A stretch of 34,029 bases of DNA from Pseudobdellovibrionaceae bacterium (GTDB lineage: Bacteria > Bdellovibrionota > Bdellovibrionia > Bdellovibrionales > Bdellovibrionaceae). The stretch lies in contig JBGGMM010000108.1 in NCBI GenBank assembly GCA_041288045.1, forward strand, positions 1-34,029. The letters run 5' to 3'. The notes below the pieces were generated by a model. The model searched no databases. It was not told the DNA's origin and worked only from the letters and a program-made list of their open reading frames with translations. Both the position numbers and the translations under genes were made by a program. The stretch's first letter is position 1; every line of letters starts with the position of its first letter. Below, in pieces: positions 25,429 through 34,029 of the stretch.

Positions 25429-26331
25429 ATGAAATTGATCGGATTTTTAATTCTTACTTTTTCGCTGTCGGCTTGTTTGAAAGTGACCAATGTCCCGAGC
25501 GAGGATGCTCAAGAAGACTTGGGTGGGGAAAGGGTGGCGGGGGTTCCTCAGGTTTTTCGGGTGGATATTGAGGATCTTCCCACTCCCAACCGGTATGCGG
25601 TTCGTTTGCCCATGCCTTTGGCTTCCCAGCAGGTTTTTCGCTACGAAAAAAGTGCTGGTCCGGATTCAAGGTTGGAAGTTTCTGCGCAACTGAAAGAAGG
25701 ACTTCTGTATGACGATCAGGTTCAAGCCGGGAAAGTTTATGTTTACGAGTACTCAGCCGCTGAGCCTTTAGAAAAACCGGTGGTTTTAGAAGCAACCATC
25801 CCAGTGGATTGGGTTGTGCCCGCCGGCTACAGTTTGCAACATGATGAAATTTGGGATCAATACCGGCGAATTTTTTTCAATCAAGGTGTTGTTCTCAGCC
25901 TGAACAATTTCAATTTGCAAATCAAAGCCGATCAAATCATTTCAGACCAAGCGGTGATTCGCACTTATCCGGCAGGAACTCGTGCTGCTGTTGGAGTCAA
26001 AGGTCTCAATGGAGGTCAGTTGAAAATGGTTCTTCGATCCGGCCTGGGAAATTTGCGTTTTGAATTTCGCGGTCAAGAGGGTGGGCCCGGTCATCCCCGT
26101 CGTTGGATTGAAGTTTTAGGTTCAAATCTCATGGTGGGAGGGTCTCCTGGATTTCCTGGAGGGAACTCCGGAAGTGCCAGCATTCAAATTTCCGAAACAC
26201 ACAACTTGAGCTTTGATGTCTTTCTTGAAGAGGGTCATGGAGGCACTCCAGAGCCCGGATTCCCGAAGGGCGCGGACGGAAGCAAAGAATCCATCTGCAT
26301 TGATGATTTTCGCAATCACCAATGCGCTTGA
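25429..26331 (+). CDS. Hypothetical lipoprotein with Gly-x-x-Gly repeats
   Basis: GGAGG RBS, lipobox LSAC, C-terminal GxxG runs (GVKGLNGG, GQEGGPG, GSPGFPGGNSG). Confidence 0.8.
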   Translation: MKLIGFLILTFSLSACLKVTNVPSEDAQEDLGGERVAGVPQVFRVDIEDLPTPNRYAVRLPMPLASQQVFRYEKSAGPDSRLEVSAQLKEGLLYDDQVQAGKVYVYEYSAAEPLEKPVVLEATIPVDWVVPAGYSLQHDEIWDQYRRIFFNQGVVLSLNNFNLQIKADQIISDQAVIRTYPAGTRAAVGVKGLNGGQLKMVLRSGLGNLRFEFRGQEGGPGHPRRWIEVLGSNLMVGGSPGFPGGNSGSASIQISETHNLSFDVFLEEGHGGTPEPGFPKGADGSKESICIDDFRNHQCA

Positions 26332-26335
26332 TTCA

Positions 26336-27445
26336 TTAATTGGACGTTTCTTTTTTCTCGAGAATTTTCAAATCAAAATAGTCGGGTGGAACAAAATCAG
26401 GAGTGAACGGATACTGGTAGCTCTTGTAAGACGCGAGCTTGGGCCGCCCGACTTCAATATAGGCCTCATCCCATAGTTGAGCCAACAGAGAGGCCGATCG
26501 CGCCAACTGGGTGAGGATCATCGGCGACAAAGCCTTTGCCGCTTTTTCTGGATCTTCTCTTTCAGCCGGTGTTTTGAGATTCATGCCTTTTTCATTTTTT
26601 TGAACCGAGGGTTTTTTCACTTTGTCCAAGGCATATACTTTTTTGATTTCGTTAAATGAAATGATTCCCAACGCCTTCATTTTCGCAAGAACCGTTTTTT
26701 CCGTCAGGAAAGGAACTTGCTCAAGATCGGATTTCTTTTTTGAAATGGCTTGGGCCTGCATTTTCTTGCCCTTCTCAATGATTTTTGCCACCAAGTCGCC
26801 ATCGAAATAACTGACAATCGTGTCTTCGTAAAAACCATGCAAGCCCCCGTGGCCTGACATGTAGCCATCGTAGTCTGCAGTCTGATGCAAAGGCTGACTG
26901 TTATCGCCAACGAAATGCCCCATCAGTCCCAAATTCACATAAAAATCAAAAGCCGCTTTGTTGTAGGGGAGCGAAGAATCCTGTTCCTCCTGCCGATTGG
27001 CCGGCGCTGCCGACTCTTTCCACTTTGGCCCAATTCCAACAGCTCGTCTGAAAAATTGATCAGCTCTCCACCAATTGGATCCAAAATCCAAAGGGATCGA
27101 GCGAATCACCGACCCGGTCAGACTGTTTTTTTGTCCTGTGTAAGTTTCAATAATTTTTTTGTAATCCAATGGAATCTCCGAAGCTGGAATCCCAAAAATA
27201 TCCAAATCCACATAGTGAGCAGCGCTCCCCTGCTGACTGGCTTCAGCCCCCAAATTTCGCCAATGAGTGTCCGGGATATTGCAAAGATGTCCCATGATCT
27301 GAGGTTTGTTTTGCAGGAACTCTTTGAGCCCCTTTTCTTTCACAAGAAAAACAGCGGCATCGCAGATGGAATGATGGCCCCGACCACCCCAGGCCCAGAG
27401 ATTTGCACTCGCCAACAGAATTGAAATGAGAAGAGTTTTTTTCAT
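26336..27445 (-). CDS. Secreted S1/P1 nuclease / zinc-dependent phospholipase C family protein
   Basis: Signal peptide cleaved before WGGRGH, NIPD, HYVD, GHFVGDNSQPLH and GLHGFYED zinc-ligand motifs. Confidence 0.85.
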   Translation of the reverse strand: MKKTLLISILLASANLWAWGGRGHHSICDAAVFLVKEKGLKEFLQNKPQIMGHLCNIPDTHWRNLGAEASQQGSAAHYVDLDIFGIPASEIPLDYKKIIETYTGQKNSLTGSVIRSIPLDFGSNWWRADQFFRRAVGIGPKWKESAAPANRQEEQDSSLPYNKAAFDFYVNLGLMGHFVGDNSQPLHQTADYDGYMSGHGGLHGFYEDTIVSYFDGDLVAKIIEKGKKMQAQAISKKKSDLEQVPFLTEKTVLAKMKALGIISFNEIKKVYALDKVKKPSVQKNEKGMNLKTPAEREDPEKAAKALSPMILTQLARSASLLAQLWDEAYIEVGRPKLASYKSYQYPFTPDFVPPDYFDLKILEKKETSN

Positions 27446-27707
27446 TTCACTAGAATCCTTCAACGTCTGAAAAAGACAAGCAGATTTCAAAAACTGAAAG
27501 TCTTGATCTCGATCGTCGAATTTTTGAAACACAAGTCATTTAAGCCCTCGACGGTCCGAATCAATTGGTGGTGAGAACGAAGGAGAAAGATCTCGGTTCG
27601 AATCATTCGTTTCGATTGATGTGCAGTTCGTCATATTCGATTTGATTAGATTTACATTTTGAGGGACATTAAATTCATCAAAAGTTAATCAACCTTGGAG
27701 GTGTAAG

Positions 27708-28433
27708 GTGGCAATGTCGATATTCAACCCAGAACCAGAGCCGGTAACCAATCTCACTCCGAGTGCATCCCAGCAAAATCTGATGAATATGAGATGGGAT
27801 AACCCGGTTGACGTGCTTTCACTCAAAGAAAATGAGGTGATTTATAAAGATGGGGAAACCCCTCGAGGTCTTTACTATATTCGTTCCGGTGCGGTCAAAG
27901 TGGTGGTGAACCGCAGTCTTACTCGGGGCCGAATGAGCTCACCTGAGTATGTGGCTAAGGTCGTCGGTCCTGGTGATCTGTTCGGTTACAAAGCCTTGGT
28001 CAAAGGAACGGCCCACACGGATTTTGCCAAAACTCTTCGCCCGACAGAGCTTTATGTCTACTCCAAAGAAGCAGTTCAGTCGGTGATGAATGGTCCCAAT
28101 TCAGTAAACAAAATGCTTTTCACTCAGATGGTGAAAGATTTGGATACGAAAGAGACCATCAATCAGCTTCATTACCTGGCATCCGTGCAAGAAAGAATCG
28201 CCTATCAGCTGATTCTGCTCGCTGATAAATTTGGCATTCCGACTTCGAATGGCACTTTGATCAGCCTCAAGCTCACTCGCAATGAGCTGGCCCAGTTGGC
28301 AGGTACGATCAATGAATCTCTCAGCCGGCATCTCACTGAATTCAAGAATGAAGGCATTCTCGAGCTCAATGGCAAAGAGATCATAGTGAAAGATTACAGG
28401 GCTCTGATGGAGAGATCCGGGAACTTCCGATAA
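27708..28433 (+). CDS. Crp/Fnr family transcriptional regulator
   Basis: GGAGG RBS and GTG start, LYYIRSGAVKV, GPGDLFG, ERIAYQL, LTRNELAQLAGT..ESLSR HTH. Confidence 0.92.
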   Translation: MAMSIFNPEPEPVTNLTPSASQQNLMNMRWDNPVDVLSLKENEVIYKDGETPRGLYYIRSGAVKVVVNRSLTRGRMSSPEYVAKVVGPGDLFGYKALVKGTAHTDFAKTLRPTELYVYSKEAVQSVMNGPNSVNKMLFTQMVKDLDTKETINQLHYLASVQERIAYQLILLADKFGIPTSNGTLISLKLTRNELAQLAGTINESLSRHLTEFKNEGILELNGKEIIVKDYRALMERSGNFR

Positions 28434-28447
28434 GCTGATTGACACTG

Positions 28448-28473
28448 GGAATGCCATTTCGGTACGGCATTCC
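28448..28473. other. Stem-loop between crp and trmO
   Basis: GGAATGCC-N10-GGCATTCC with no U-tract. TTGACA lies just upstream. Confidence 0.4.
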
Positions 28474-28475
28474 TA

Positions 28476-29189
28476 ATGGAAATCATCGGAACTCTTGAAT
28501 CTTGCTACAAAGACAAATTCGGCACCCCCAGGCAGCCGGGTTTGGCCCCTTCATCCTGGGCTTGTCTGCGCATTCGAAAAGAATGGCAGCCCGAAATTGC
28601 CCTTCAGGGGCTCGACGGTTTCAGTCACCTGTGGATCCTCTTTCAATTTCATCAAAATACCAATCAGGGCTATCACGCCAAAGTTCATCCGCCGAGACTC
28701 GGTGGAAAACCCATCGGAGTTTTTGCAACTCGAAGTCCGCACAGACCGAATAACCTCGGACTTTCCCTCGTGAAAATCGAAAAGATTGATGGAGACTCAA
28801 TTTTTCTCTCTGGAGTTGATTTGGTCGATGGAACTCCAGTTTTAGATATCAAACCCTATCTTCCCGAAGTTGAATCCATTCCCAATGCCAATTCCGGTTG
28901 GACTGGAGAAGCCACTCAGGCGGAAATTGAAATCAAGTGGACGGAGAGACAAAAGCAATTCGTTGAAAACTGGTCGCTGCGAATTCATCAACCTCAACTT
29001 CTGCAGTTGATCGAAGAGACGCTGAAGCTGGATCCACGGCCCTTGGTGTATCGTGGGTATGAGGGCACGGAATCCCCCTATCGGAAAATCCATGCCGTTC
29101 GTCTTTTTGACGGCGATATTCATTTTGAATTCGTGCAATCACAGGTCATTGAAATCCGTGATATTCGTGTTGCGAATAACGAGATGTAG
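28476..29189 (+). CDS. trmO: tRNA (N6-threonylcarbamoyladenosine(37)-N6)-methyltransferase TrmO/TsaA
   Basis: KFGTPRQPGL, FSHLW..F.FH, PPRLGG, GVFATRSPHRPN, DLVDGTPVLDIKPY and DPRP.Y. Confidence 0.95.
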   Translation: MEIIGTLESCYKDKFGTPRQPGLAPSSWACLRIRKEWQPEIALQGLDGFSHLWILFQFHQNTNQGYHAKVHPPRLGGKPIGVFATRSPHRPNNLGLSLVKIEKIDGDSIFLSGVDLVDGTPVLDIKPYLPEVESIPNANSGWTGEATQAEIEIKWTERQKQFVENWSLRIHQPQLLQLIEETLKLDPRPLVYRGYEGTESPYRKIHAVRLFDGDIHFEFVQSQVIEIRDIRVANNEM

Positions 29190-29306
29190 AACTTGTATAT
29201 ATACCTGAAAAAATAAGCCTTTTTAAAAATTCCAGTTGCTGAAAACAACAAAATCGAGTTTTCTGGGTGCCTAGAAATAAAGCAGGTCATCCTGGCAGGA
29301 GGTCTC

Positions 29307-30248
29307 ATGAGACAAGTTCCCACACTCAGTCTGCGCAGCTACACCGAAGGCACTGAAGCTGAACAGATGAAATTTATCGACAGCCTCTATGCGGGGCTCA
29401 AAGACTATGGCTTTATCGTTTTGAAAGACCATGATGTTCCGCAAGAACTTTTTGACCGCGCTTACCAATTGCTCGAAAAATTCTTCTCCCTGCCTGTTGA
29501 AAATAAAATGAAATACGCCAAAGTTCACGGCGGACAAAGGGGATACACTCCTTTTGGAAAAGAGCATGCCAAGGATTCTCCTGTCATGGATCTTAAAGAA
29601 TTTTGGCATGTCGGTCGGGAGGTTCCCGCCACTCACAAATTCGCCAAATACTATCCCAACAATGTTTGGCCGGAAGAAGTTCCAGAATTTAAAACCGTTT
29701 TTTCAGCTCTCTATCAATCTTTGAACCAAGCTGGAAAATCCATGCTGCAAGCTTTGACCTTTCCCCTGGATGTTCCACAAAATTATTTTGACTACATGGT
29801 TGAGGATGGAAACTCCATTTTGCGCTTGCTTCATTATCCACCGATCCCAGCTGGCACGGATCCTCGTTGCTTGCGGGCAGCCCCACATGAAGACATCAAT
29901 CTCATCACCATTTTGCCGGCGGCAACAGCCAGTGGCCTTCAATTGAAGGATCGCGATGGCACCTGGTTGAATGTGGATGGCAAACCAGGGGAGCTGATTG
30001 TCGATGCTGGGGACATGTTGGCTCGTGCCTGTAACGATGTGATCCCCTCGACCACCCACCAAGTGATCAACACTTCAGAGGCGACTTCAAAGAGCCGGTA
30101 TTCAATGCCGTTTTTCATGCATCCACATCCCGAGGCGATTTTGTCCTGCATTCCTTCTTGCCGAGGTCAGGGCGCGAAGTATCCGGACATTTCCTCGCAC
30201 GACTTTCTGATGCAGCGACTGGAAGAGATCGGCCTTCTGAAAAAGTAA
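29307..30248 (+). CDS. 2OG-Fe(II) oxygenase, isopenicillin N synthase family
   Basis: LRLLHYPP, H-E-D (AAPHEDINLIT), STTHQV and RYSMPFF motifs. Confidence 0.93.
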   Translation: MRQVPTLSLRSYTEGTEAEQMKFIDSLYAGLKDYGFIVLKDHDVPQELFDRAYQLLEKFFSLPVENKMKYAKVHGGQRGYTPFGKEHAKDSPVMDLKEFWHVGREVPATHKFAKYYPNNVWPEEVPEFKTVFSALYQSLNQAGKSMLQALTFPLDVPQNYFDYMVEDGNSILRLLHYPPIPAGTDPRCLRAAPHEDINLITILPAATASGLQLKDRDGTWLNVDGKPGELIVDAGDMLARACNDVIPSTTHQVINTSEATSKSRYSMPFFMHPHPEAILSCIPSCRGQGAKYPDISSHDFLMQRLEEIGLLKK

Positions 30249-30277
30249 TCAAGGCCAAAAGTCCAGGACCTTCAAGC

Positions 30278-30309
30278 AAAGCCGTCACCCTCTAGACGGC
30301 TTTTTTTTT
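30278..30309 (+). terminator. Rho-independent terminator
   Basis: AAAGCCGTC-ACCCTCTA-GACGGC followed by T9. Confidence 0.85.
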
Positions 30310-30327
30310 CACTGCCAGACTGGAGAA

Positions 30328-31038
30328 GTGGCCATCCGTAAGCAAAATCGTACAATTTGGGTTCTCGCTGCTGTCATTCTCTTGATGCTCGTCGTTTTCC
30401 TCATTCGCGATGGTCAGATCGCTCAAATGCTTCAAACTAATTCGCAATCTCAATCCACGGACCCCACTTCTTCAGTTGAACAATTCGGCGATCGGGTGGG
30501 TGGAAACCAAACTCAAGACCGACAAAATTTTTTTCAAAGCTTGGATTTGCTAGCCGCTTGCTTTCAGGTTTCTGGCAGCGCCCTTCCTGAAAATGCAGCA
30601 ATTGGAATCGACAGCCTCCTTCAAAAGTTCCAAGCCGATTTCGGTTCCGTCTCTCAACAATCCGATCGCTGGGTCTACTGGGGACTTCGGACTCGAGAAG
30701 GGAATGAAAGACGACTTCGTCTTGAGCTGACGGAAACTGACAGCGGAAAAATTGTCAAAGAGCTGCATTATTTTTCTGTTGATCAGAATGGTCAACAGGT
30801 CGCAATCGAATTGGATCCTCAAAAAACCAAAGACCCCAATGACGAGGTCATCAGCCAGCTGCTCAAAGATGGCGAAGTCTTCACCAAAGAAAGAGCAGCT
30901 GTCGCTTTCTTTCAAGACTTGGACCGGGTTGAATATATCGAAAAAGACGGTGAGCTTCTTGAAATTAAATTTTTTAACGATAACCACCAGTTTCAATGCG
31001 CAAACGTGAAAAATCCAAAATCTTGCCAATGTCAGTGA
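30328..31038 (+). CDS. Hypothetical membrane-anchored protein
   Basis: Single N-terminal TM helix, C-terminal C-x7-C-x-C. Confidence 0.75.
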   Translation: MAIRKQNRTIWVLAAVILLMLVVFLIRDGQIAQMLQTNSQSQSTDPTSSVEQFGDRVGGNQTQDRQNFFQSLDLLAACFQVSGSALPENAAIGIDSLLQKFQADFGSVSQQSDRWVYWGLRTREGNERRLRLELTETDSGKIVKELHYFSVDQNGQQVAIELDPQKTKDPNDEVISQLLKDGEVFTKERAAVAFFQDLDRVEYIEKDGELLEIKFFNDNHQFQCANVKNPKSCQCQ

Positions 31039-31048
31039 GAGGAGACAT

Positions 31049-31528
31049 ATGAAAAGTCTAATGACGGCAGTTTTTTTTCTGGTTTCAACAATTTGTTTTG
31101 CTCAAGTCGCAAAGGTCGACATCAAGCTTCGTCCAGCAGGATCTTTCAAGGTCGAATCGACAGAAGTGAAGGGCTTTGCAGTCCAAAAAGGGAATATGGT
31201 GGAAGCCAAAAATATTCTAGTCGGGCTTAAAAAATTGAAAACGGGAATCAATTTGCGTGACGAGCACACTCGAAAACATCTGCAAGTCGATAAATATCCA
31301 GATGCAGTTTTAGTTTCAGCAAAAGGCCAGGGGGGAAAAGGCGAGGGCCTTTTGCGCATTCGTGGAATCGAGAAAAAAATATCTGGAACTTACAAAGTGG
31401 AAGGCTCGACTTTGATGGCTGAATTTCCAATCAAGCTTTCAGATTTTGAAATCACCGGCATTAAATACATGGGTGTTGGCGTGGACGACAATGCCAAAGT
31501 CAAAGTTTCCATCCCAATCAAAAACTAA
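31049..31528 (+). CDS. YceI family lipid/polyisoprenoid-binding protein
   Basis: Signal peptide, LKTGINLRDEH, L..DKYP.A, G.L.IRGIEK and F.IKLSDF.I motifs. Confidence 0.85.
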   Translation: MKSLMTAVFFLVSTICFAQVAKVDIKLRPAGSFKVESTEVKGFAVQKGNMVEAKNILVGLKKLKTGINLRDEHTRKHLQVDKYPDAVLVSAKGQGGKGEGLLRIRGIEKKISGTYKVEGSTLMAEFPIKLSDFEITGIKYMGVGVDDNAKVKVSIPIKN

Positions 31529-32169
31529 TAGCGAAAGCCCAATCCCAGAGACCAAATGGTAGAAGCCTTGAACGCCAAAGTTCCAATCATTTGCCGAACT
31601 TCCCATTTGTCATTGAGATGCAAGCGAAGGTCAGCCATCGCTCCGATATTCAATGGAGCTCCGGATTTCACGCTGATGTTGGTGCCTTCGGAAGGCCATT
31701 CAATCTGACGGAAAAGAGCAAAAGGTCCGACGGCAAGCACTACTTGTTTAGTTGGTCGGTAAGCCAACTTGTAAGCACCGGAAGCTCCATACCAAGGCCG
31801 ATAAGCAGTTTGATAGGTGATGAAATCCTGATTGCCGCCAGCGTTGGCTTGACCAAACAAAAGCGAGAACTCGCCAATGGTTCCCCAATGATTATCAAAT
31901 TTTTCGTTTTCAAGACTCAATTGCATTCCGTAAAATTGCGCTTGAGTGCTGTCTTCAATGGCTTGAAATTCAAGGTCGACAAATTCCACCCAGCTGACAT
32001 AGGCCAAAGCCGTCGTTTTTTTCTTCGAAATTCCTAAATTTTCTTCGGGTTCTGGTTCTGCGACAGCTTCTGAGCTGGCAGCCGGTTCCGTCGGGTTTTC
32101 CTTTGGCGGCTCTTGCGCCCAAGAAAAATGTGTCAGCAGAAGAAAGAGGATCAGACTAAAGCGAAACAT
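31525..32169 (-). CDS. Hypothetical small outer-membrane beta-barrel protein
   Basis: Signal peptide, alternating amphipathic strands, C-terminal WSLGLGFRY beta-signal. Confidence 0.75.
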   Translation of the reverse strand: MFRFSLILFLLLTHFSWAQEPPKENPTEPAASSEAVAEPEPEENLGISKKKTTALAYVSWVEFVDLEFQAIEDSTQAQFYGMQLSLENEKFDNHWGTIGEFSLLFGQANAGGNQDFITYQTAYRPWYGASGAYKLAYRPTKQVVLAVGPFALFRQIEWPSEGTNISVKSGAPLNIGAMADLRLHLNDKWEVRQMIGTLAFKASTIWSLGLGFRY

Positions 32170-33316
32170 GGATTTGTCCTAGGAAAGTCCAATTGTCATC
32201 TTCAACGGTTTGGTTGGAAAAAGCGCGTCTGTTTTCAACATCAGCTCTGAGCTCCAAGCGAGGGATGGGAAAAGCCAGGATTCCCACACTCCATCGCCAC
32301 TGATCCGCCACCGAAGCTTTGAAATCCGCATTGTAGCGCTCTACTTCAGTTCTCAGGTTGTAGCCACGTGTGAAAGGCACAAGAGCTTCTAAGAGATTGT
32401 AACTGCCTCGGGTTTTTTGCTGGCCGACGTCCGCATTGTTGATAAAGCCATATTCAAAGATCATCCCAGCCCCTTTGGTAAATCCCTGTCTGTAATGAAG
32501 GGCATAGAGCTCGCGTTCATTGATTTCGCTTTTGGCGTTCTGATAGGAAGCTCCCAGGCGTTGCTTTTCGCCGACATCCCGCTCAGTCATAAATCCAGCG
32601 CCTTTGTGGCGGACTTCCGGAATGTCGTGCGGGTTTCCCCAAAAGACATTGCCAGTGAATTCCCAATTCTCAGCAATCTTTTGCACCATGACCCCTTCGG
32701 ACTGAGCATGGCCGGTGGTGCTGTTCAGATAATAATTGAATCCTTGGGGTGAGCGCTGATTGGAAGTGTGTTCGACTCGTCGGATGCCGAAAACTTTTTC
32801 CATCAGACCGACATAGAGCCACCAGGTTTCAACAATTTCGGCGCGCAAATAATATTCGCGAGCTAAATATCTTTTATTGGGTGTGCCTTCGGACCTTTCA
32901 TTGAGATTTCCGTAAGTGATGGTTGCCAAATATTTTCCCACAGAATCTGAAACTGTCAGCCCCAGATCCTGCTGCATTCGATAAAAACTTTTGATTTCAT
33001 TCGGACCACGAAAATTTCGTGTCAGATGCAATTCGCGGTACTTGAAATAGGGACGAAACCAAGTGGGAAGCTCCACGGATCCGAGAAAACCAGACTGGGC
33101 GGCGATTTCCTCATCGGTCATTGATTTCGGATAAAGAGCTCTCGAAGCAATTTCTGCCGACCAAAGTGCTCGGCCATAGTCATTCAGCGGTCCTGCTCCC
33201 TGGCCATTGATGTGACAGGTGAGGCAGGAACTGTAACCATAACCAATAAAAGTGGCATAGCCAAAGGCAAGAGGGGCAAGCAAAAGCAGGAGAGAAGAAA
33301 GAAGGACCGCTTTCAT
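32156..33316 (-). CDS. Outer-membrane beta-barrel protein with N-terminal CxxCH heme c motif
   Basis: Signal peptide then GYSSCLTCH..GAGPLNDYGR. The remainder is amphipathic beta-strands ending GQIHVSL. Confidence 0.75.
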   Translation of the reverse strand: MKAVLLSSLLLLLAPLAFGYATFIGYGYSSCLTCHINGQGAGPLNDYGRALWSAEIASRALYPKSMTDEEIAAQSGFLGSVELPTWFRPYFKYRELHLTRNFRGPNEIKSFYRMQQDLGLTVSDSVGKYLATITYGNLNERSEGTPNKRYLAREYYLRAEIVETWWLYVGLMEKVFGIRRVEHTSNQRSPQGFNYYLNSTTGHAQSEGVMVQKIAENWEFTGNVFWGNPHDIPEVRHKGAGFMTERDVGEKQRLGASYQNAKSEINERELYALHYRQGFTKGAGMIFEYGFINNADVGQQKTRGSYNLLEALVPFTRGYNLRTEVERYNADFKASVADQWRWSVGILAFPIPRLELRADVENRRAFSNQTVEDDNWTFLGQIHVSL

Positions 33317-33424
33317 GCAGCGATCTTGGCAAAAGAAGACATGTCCATCAACAAACTTTGGGCTGTGGCGCTCCGAGTTCAATCTGCACTTGAATGCCCC
33401 AAAAACCCATGATGCAATGAGCTT

Positions 33425-34029
33425 ATGACACTCAAACACATTTTGCTTTTCTCATTCTCGCTCCTGGCGATGAAAACAGCTTCGGCCACAGTGAAAGACG
33501 TTTCTGTTGAATCTGCAACTGCCTCAAATGTGATTATCGATAACGGCACTGGTGAAAATGCAGTGAAAACCTATACGATCGTGGGTGGCTATTCCGGAAG
33601 CAGCATTGGTGAATGCGCTGGCAGTCTCAGCAGCACGTCCACTTGTGATGCTTGCACTGCTTTAGCTCCCTGTGGAGGTGTTTATCAATGTGCCTCACGT
33701 AGCATTCATCCCAATTTGCTGTTGACGATTCGATTGACTCTCGAAGGCGATCTTCCCGCCAACCCAACGGCCCTCGTGATGTGGGGCAGTTCGACTCCTG
33801 CACAAATCACTTTGAGCACATCCAATTGGTCGATTGCGTCCGGCGCATTGACTGTGCAAATCCCGTGGAAAGATATCTGTTCCAAAGAAGATTTTAATAC
33901 CGGTGGGGATTGCATCCCGACAACTCCCGGCGGTTTCAAAGACGATCTGACAGTCGGAGTGGCAGAAGGATCCGCCACAACTTTCGCCACAGGTTTTTCA
34001 CAAAAATTCACTTTGAAATTTCGCTACGT
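33425..34029 (+). CDS. Secreted Cys-rich hypothetical protein, 3'-truncated by window edge (not in ORF track)
   Basis: Translated by hand: MTLKHILLFSFSLLAMKTASA-TVKDVSVES...ECAGSLSSTSTCDACTALAPCGGVYQCASRSIHP...IPWKDIC..., open to the end of the window. Confidence 0.8.
   Translation, partial: MTLKHILLFSFSLLAMKTASATVKDVSVESATASNVIIDNGTGENAVKTYTIVGGYSGSSIGECAGSLSSTSTCDACTALAPCGGVYQCASRSIHPNLLLTIRLTLEGDLPANPTALVMWGSSTPAQITLSTSNWSIASGALTVQIPWKDICSKEDFNTGGDCIPTTPGGFKDDLTVGVAEGSATTFATGFSQKFTLKFRY

Noticed and set aside
27590..27610. GGTTCGAATC, resembling a tRNA T-loop
   Set aside because: The flanks (CTCGG / CATTC) do not form a T-stem and no cloverleaf or CCA end can be built.

Overview
A gene-dense 34 kb chromosomal segment, most likely from a Bdellovibrionota (Bdellovibrio-like predatory) bacterium. 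This is inferred from a TIGR02147-type regulator, two PopA/Bd0427-like major outer-membrane proteins, tandem short flagellins and many small secreted proteins. Left to right: the 3' part of a Y1/HUH (RAYT/IS200-like) transposase; a TIGR02147 cassette with secreted proteins; purD; a thiolase-SDR-acyl-CoA dehydrogenase operon; an HD dNTPase-like gene coupled to a YecM-DUF4269 fusion; thyA-folA; two flagellins; lipoprotein genes; rnr-ubiB-like kinase-LysR; two tandem porin-like genes; an S1/P1 nuclease; Crp; trmO; a 2OG-Fe(II) oxygenase; YceI; two beta-barrel genes (one with CxxCH); and a Cys-rich secreted protein running off the right edge. The most notable observations are (1) an in-frame TAA inside thyA with the conserved 43-codon C-terminus intact behind it, (2) two inverted copies of a ~75-80 bp REP/REPIN-like palindrome that show a compensatory base-pair change and flank one small gene, and (3) a TGCTCCAAA half-site used four times in two oppositely arranged inverted repeats next to the TIGR02147 regulator. 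No tRNA, rRNA or CRISPR array was found. All family assignments come from motif recognition by eye, not database searches.
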